64,000 nucleotides of DNA. It comes from a virus. The position numbers were made by a program, and so were the translations under genes. Below are positions 59,912 to 64,000 of this stretch, piece after piece (the first letter of the stretch is position 1; each line of letters starts with the position of its first letter). The notes beneath the pieces were generated by a model that made no database searches, was not told where the DNA came from, and saw only the letters and a list, made by a program, of their open reading frames with translations. The stretch lies in IMG/VR virus record IMGVR_UViG_3300032116_000106, positions 19,682-83,681 of that record; one strand, 5' to 3'.

Positions 59912-61593
59912 TTTTTTGTCAAAACATAATTCTCTATTACCAATATATCTAATCCTATATCCAAAAATGTTTTTATTGCAGTTTCGGGATTCATAATCAT
60001 AGTTTGGTCTTTTACATTAAATGATGTGTTTAAAACTATTGGATAACCATTCTTTTTTTCTAATGCTTCCAATAATCCATACACCCTTTCACATTGCGTT
60101 TTCTTTAATGTTTGTATTCTCGCAGTTCCATCAATATGGGTAATAGCAGGTAATTTACCTCTATATTCTTTTCTTACTGAAACGATTTGATTCATATAAG
60201 GGACTTCTTTATCCCATTCAAAATAGAAGGTTTTAGCCTCATCTTTTACTATTGGAGCAAATGGTCTAAACCCTTCTCTTTTTTTAACAATTTGATTGAT
60301 TCGACCTTTCATTGTAGGATTCTTTGGGTCAGCAAAAATAGAACGATGGCCCAATGCTCTAGCTCCCAACTCCAATCTACCTTCGAACCAACCAACAACT
60401 TTTCCATTTGAAATTTCAGTTGATACCAAATCGATAATTTCATAATCAGATAATTTTTTATATACTAATTTATTACTATAATTTTTTAATAATTGGAAAA
60501 TATACTCATTTGAAAATTTTGGCCCTAAATAAGGATTTGTATTATTTCTTCTTTCTGTGTTCTTACCTCTATAATATGAATTAAGGCAAGCTCCAATTGA
60601 AGAACCCGAATCCGATGGTGAATATGGAATCCAAACATTTTTAAATCCTGTCTTTTTGCTTATTTTTCCGTTTGCAGTTCCGTTATAAGCACAACCACCT
60701 CCTAACACCAAATTATCACATTTTGTTTGCTTATGTAATTCTTTTAATAAACGAAAAAAATACATTTCATAAATGAATTGTACTGTTGCCGCTAAATCTT
60801 TATGTTGTTGTGTTAATTCTTCATTCGGTAATCGAGGTAGAAGGTTTAAATGAGTTGAAAGATTTGATGTGAACATTACCTCATCACTTTTATGGTAATT
60901 GAACATCTTCATATTCAATTTATAGATGCCCTTTTTAGATGGGTATATAATCTCTCTAAACTTATCTATAAATGTACGAGGGTTTCCATAAGGTGCTAAC
61001 CCCATTACCTTATATTCACCCTCATTTGGTTTAAATCCTAAAAAGGCAGTAAAGGTTGAATAGAACATACCTAATGAATGTGGGAAAATAGTAGAATCTA
61101 ATTTTTCCCAATCATTACCTTCTGCTTTTGCTAATACAGTAGTTTCCCATTCTCCTACACCATCTACACTTAATACGGCTGCCTCATCAAATGGTGAAGT
61201 GAAATATGAATAACCAATATGTGAATCGTGATGTGAATTAAATTTTATTTCCGCATTTGAAAATAAAAATTTGAACTGATTCTTTAAACCCAAATATTGT
61301 TTTAACCCCTTTACACCAAATTTAAATGCATCTTTTATTTGCCAATTTGATAAACACATTGAAACAACTCTATGTGTTTTTACTAATGGATTTTCATAAA
61401 AACAAACCTCTTCAATTTCTTCAAAGGCTATTTTTGATTCATTCATTATCCAATTTATTGATTTATGTGGAAATGAACTATCATGCTTTATACCACTAAA
61501 TCTTTCTTCCTCTACTGCTAAAATTACCTTCCCATCCTTCACTAAACATACTGAACTATCGTGGTAAAAGCAGCTTATTCCTATACTAATCAT
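59908..61593 (-). CDS. Carbamoyltransferase (NodU/CmcH/TobZ family)
   Basis: HDSS, EEERFS..KH, HHDSH, DGVGE, EYKVMGLAPYG, GGCAYN, GARALGHRS, RPFAP, LNTSFN. Confidence 0.95.
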   Translation of the reverse strand: MISIGISCFYHDSSVCLVKDGKVILAVEEERFSGIKHDSSFPHKSINWIMNESKIAFEEIEEVCFYENPLVKTHRVVSMCLSNWQIKDAFKFGVKGLKQYLGLKNQFKFLFSNAEIKFNSHHDSHIGYSYFTSPFDEAAVLSVDGVGEWETTVLAKAEGNDWEKLDSTIFPHSLGMFYSTFTAFLGFKPNEGEYKVMGLAPYGNPRTFIDKFREIIYPSKKGIYKLNMKMFNYHKSDEVMFTSNLSTHLNLLPRLPNEELTQQHKDLAATVQFIYEMYFFRLLKELHKQTKCDNLVLGGGCAYNGTANGKISKKTGFKNVWIPYSPSDSGSSIGACLNSYYRGKNTERRNNTNPYLGPKFSNEYIFQLLKNYSNKLVYKKLSDYEIIDLVSTEISNGKVVGWFEGRLELGARALGHRSIFADPKNPTMKGRINQIVKKREGFRPFAPIVKDEAKTFYFEWDKEVPYMNQIVSVRKEYRGKLPAITHIDGTARIQTLKKTQCERVYGLLEALEKKNGYPIVLNTSFNVKDQTMIMNPETAIKTFLDIGLDILVIENYVLTKK

Positions 61594-61596
61594 ATT

Positions 61597-62322
61597 TTAA
61601 AAAAATGTATCTTCTTCTATTTCGATATCACCTGTATTTAAAAATTCTTCTAAAATTCTATCTTGATGAACTTTCATTATCGAAATAACTTTTGTTATGT
61701 AATGTGTTTTGTATCCCGTCATTTCTCTTATTAAGAGATAGAGGCTTTTTTTATTAAAATTCTCTATGTAATCAACCCTTCTAAACAATTCTAATATAGC
61801 ATCTGCGATTTGTATATCTCTTTTCTTATCGAATACTGAATTTAATTTTTTATCCCAATAATCTAACATTATTACTCTAAATTCAGCGTGATTACTATCA
61901 GTTTCAATTGCTACGGTATCTTCAGCAGGATTCCAACTCTCAGGCATTGCTGACATCAAATCGTTTTGTTTATATCTTTTATAGTTGGAATTATTTAATA
62001 GAATAAAATGGTTTAGCGCCATTCTGGTAAAATAAGAAAATGCTTTTCCCTTACCTTCCTGAAACATATGAATTTTATAAATCATTTGTGAAACAACCTC
62101 TCTTTTCACATCACCCGCCCCATCATCAAAATATGAAAACTTATAAGTGTTCAATACATTTTCTGCTAACTTTTCAAAAGCGTATTGTATTCTTTCTTTG
62201 TAAAGTTGGTTTTTAACTCTTTGGTCGGTTGTTTTATTATATTCAATTATAGCTTGTTCGGTATCCAAAGTAAAATACATTTTATTCTTTGGAGTTCTAG
62301 GTTTTCTTGTTTTCGCAGGCAT
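61597..62322 (-). CDS. Phage sigma factor-like protein (gp55-like, putative late sigma)
   Basis: Region 2-like KLAENVL..YKF...KAFSYFTRMALN resembles the gp55 F.YFT motif. Confidence 0.65.
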   Translation of the reverse strand: MPAKTRKPRTPKNKMYFTLDTEQAIIEYNKTTDQRVKNQLYKERIQYAFEKLAENVLNTYKFSYFDDGAGDVKREVVSQMIYKIHMFQEGKGKAFSYFTRMALNHFILLNNSNYKRYKQNDLMSAMPESWNPAEDTVAIETDSNHAEFRVIMLDYWDKKLNSVFDKKRDIQIADAILELFRRVDYIENFNKKSLYLLIREMTGYKTHYITKVISIMKVHQDRILEEFLNTGDIEIEEDTFF

Positions 62323-62323
62323 A

Positions 62324-62572
62324 TTATTCTAAAATGTTTTCAAATGATTCTATCTCGTCTTTTATTTGCGTAAAAACACTACCAACATCATCATCTTTTT
62401 CAAATAATTCTTTACTATCTATTTCTCTAATTGAATTTAATAGTTGTATGTATTTTTCTCTTCGATTTGATATAAAATTTTCATAATACTCTAATTTATT
62501 AAGAGTATTAACTATACCATAAACTAATACACCAATTACTAAACACAAAAATACTATTATAAAAATTTCCAT
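62324..62572 (-). CDS. Small membrane protein
   Basis: N-terminal transmembrane helix. Confidence 0.7.
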   Translation of the reverse strand: MEIFIIVFLCLVIGVLVYGIVNTLNKLEYYENFISNRREKYIQLLNSIREIDSKELFEKDDDVGSVFTQIKDEIESFENILE

Positions 62573-62583
62573 AATTTAATTTT

Positions 62584-62880
62584 TTATGCTTCACCCTTCT
62601 CACCGAAATAAGGATACGATTCTATAATTTCAGTATCTTCTTTTTTCAATTTATCTAACTTTGATTGAAAATCTAATTTAACCTTAACTATATCAATTTT
62701 TTTATTCATTATCTCTAATAAATCCTCATTAGAAATCACACCTTTATCGATTATTAAATCAGTCATTGATGCTATAAGAATTTCAGCCTCAACTAATCGT
62801 TTAGATAGGTTATTTATAGCAACGGTTTGATTATCTAAAATCTTAACTATATTTTTAATATCGTTTTCGGTTAATTTCAT
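62584..62880 (-). CDS. Hypothetical coiled-coil protein
   Basis: Tiles the operon. Confidence 0.65.
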   Translation of the reverse strand: MKLTENDIKNIVKILDNQTVAINNLSKRLVEAEILIASMTDLIIDKGVISNEDLLEIMNKKIDIVKVKLDFQSKLDKLKKEDTEIIESYPYFGEKGEA

Positions 62881-62886
62881 TTTTTA

Positions 62887-63435
62887 TTACATTATAGTAT
62901 ATCCATTATCGATATACTTTTGTATGTGTTTATATTTAATTTGCTCAATCAACCCATCGGGTGATTTTGCCATAACCAACTGATTTCTTTCATATTTTAC
63001 CTGCGATACAACAGGTCTATTTACATTTCTATCCGCAATCGTAATACCATTTAAGCTATCAATCATTTGTTGAGCATAAATCGTTTCGTTTAATCCTTCT
63101 TTATCTTCTTCAGTTCCTTCGAAAATAACCAAGCCTAAATTATCTGATTGGACTTCAACTCTTACTGCCCTATTAACATATCTATACTTTCTTAAATCAT
63201 CAAATTCCGAAACTTCTTGTGACAAGATAGATTCGTTTGAATACTTTAAGATAGTTGGATTGATTAATAATAAAGGAGTTTCAGAATTAATTACAAATGC
63301 TCTAAATGGTAACCCAATTGATTGTGTCGATGCAGCGTAAAAGTTATTTTTTTTACAATAAGAAATTAGCCGCTTTCTAATTACCTCCTCATCAGTTTTA
63401 TTGAATGGAGTTGATTCAATTTTTTTTAATTTCAT
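62887..63435 (-). CDS. Peptide deformylase-fold protein lacking catalytic motifs
   Basis: IGLPFRAFVI...LINPTI...R...V.V...D.LNG scaffold present; EGCLS reads EVSEF and HExDH reads QMIDS. Confidence 0.7.
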   Translation of the reverse strand: MKLKKIESTPFNKTDEEVIRKRLISYCKKNNFYAASTQSIGLPFRAFVINSETPLLLINPTILKYSNESILSQEVSEFDDLRKYRYVNRAVRVEVQSDNLGLVIFEGTEEDKEGLNETIYAQQMIDSLNGITIADRNVNRPVVSQVKYERNQLVMAKSPDGLIEQIKYKHIQKYIDNGYTIM

Positions 63436-63454
63436 ATTATTTTGCTTAATATAA

Positions 63455-63485
63455 CAAATGTAGGGAAAAATTTTATAATTTCAAA
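63455..63485 (-). promoter_or_regulatory. Bacteroidota sigma-A consensus promoter
   Basis: TTTG (63485-63482), 19-nt spacer, TACATTTG (63462-63455). Confidence 0.75.
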
Positions 63486-63755
63486 CTATTCCTTATTTTT
63501 TTTATGTGTAATCCAATAGTTTACAGCATTTTGGTCATTAATCCATTTATTTTTATCACTCCAATCAAAACTAGGTCTAGCATAATATGGTAACATATCT
63601 TTGGCTACTAATGCTCTATTTGGATGTGCAGTAAATTTATCGATTAATCCATCTCCATCGGTATCATATCCATCTATTGAGCCATCTCCATCTAAATCAA
63701 TACCTCTTCTACTATAATCTCTTTGTAAGGAATTTAAAACTATATCTTCAAAGAC
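63486..63755 (-). CDS. Startless 89-codon frame with two DxDxDG motifs; -1 frameshift extension of the upstream gene
   Basis: VFEDIVLNSLQRDYSRRGIDLDGDGSIDGYDTDGDGLID...NKE*. An in-frame TGA lies just upstream of the A9 run and there is no early start codon. Confidence 0.7.
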   Translation of the reverse strand, partial: VFEDIVLNSLQRDYSRRGIDLDGDGSIDGYDTDGDGLIDKFTAHPNRALVAKDMLPYYARPSFDWSDKNKWINDQNAVNYWITHKKNKE

Positions 63756-64000
63756 TTTTTTTTTAAAGATTCTTCATATCGTTCTTTAGCTTCAATTAAA
63801 GCATCAACGGGTTCGGTAGGCGTGTTTATTGAATCAAAGAATACTTCCGCATCCTTTTCAGATTGTAGAATATTTTCTACTATTGGTGGGGTTTCTTCTT
63901 CTTTTGATAAAATTTTTCCATTAAAATTGGTATTTTGTGAATTATTTTCCACTAAATCCTCTTTTTTATCACCATACACCTCATATAAACCTAATTTCTG
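63740..64000 (-). CDS. 3' part of a hypothetical gene entering from the right edge
   Basis: Frame is open to 64000 (QKLGLYEVYGDKK...), so the track's GTG start is probably internal. Confidence 0.7.
   Translation of the reverse strand, partial: QKLGLYEVYGDKKEDLVENNSQNTNFNGKILSKEEETPPIVENILQSEKDAEVFFDSINTPTEPVDALIEAKERYEESLKKKSLKI

Noticed and set aside
300-62373. Numerous short + strand ORFs in the track (other than 28774..28959)
   Set aside because: They lie antisense to well-supported minus-strand genes and have no recognisable motifs; shadow ORFs.
1-64000. Stop-codon reassignment
   Set aside because: Genes tile densely under the standard code. Read-through of TAG at 63740 would hit TAA two codons later, so it does not explain the startless frame.
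1-64000. tRNA, rRNA, CRISPR arrays, integrase or IS elements
   Set aside because: None seen; intergenic gaps are too short and no such motifs were found by eye.

Overview
AT-rich, densely coding segment of a large myovirus-type phage. Nearly all genes are on the minus strand. The host is probably in Bacteroidota, judged from TTTG-N19-20-TAnnTTTG promoters and the lack of obvious Shine-Dalgarno sequences. In transcription order (right to left) it holds: a degenerate peptide deformylase and a gp55-like sigma factor; a carbamoyltransferase cassette; baseplate and tail genes (spike-like protein, GH19 lysin fusion, gp25, gp6, wedge proteins); primase, thyA, a putative R-M pair and a fused Mre11-Rad50 (SbcD-SbcC); a 1876-aa tail fibre with an S74 chaperone; and a protein with three pure polyproline tracts. 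That last gene is followed directly by a prolyl-hydroxylase-like 2OG-Fe(II) oxygenase and about 22 kb of glycosylation and tailoring genes. These include three GT7 enzymes with an inserted LamG domain, two radical SAM + LamG pairs, three small related helical proteins, NDP-sugar enzymes, a methyltransferase and a sulfotransferase. The main hypotheses are (1) a phage hydroxyproline O-glycosylation system for an extensin-like fibre-tip protein and (2) a LamG-organised GT7/radical SAM module. Also seen are a candidate -1 frameshift near 63760 and a late-promoter motif, TATTTATA, that is the reverse complement of the T4 one. All family calls come from motif recognition by eye; no database searches were run.
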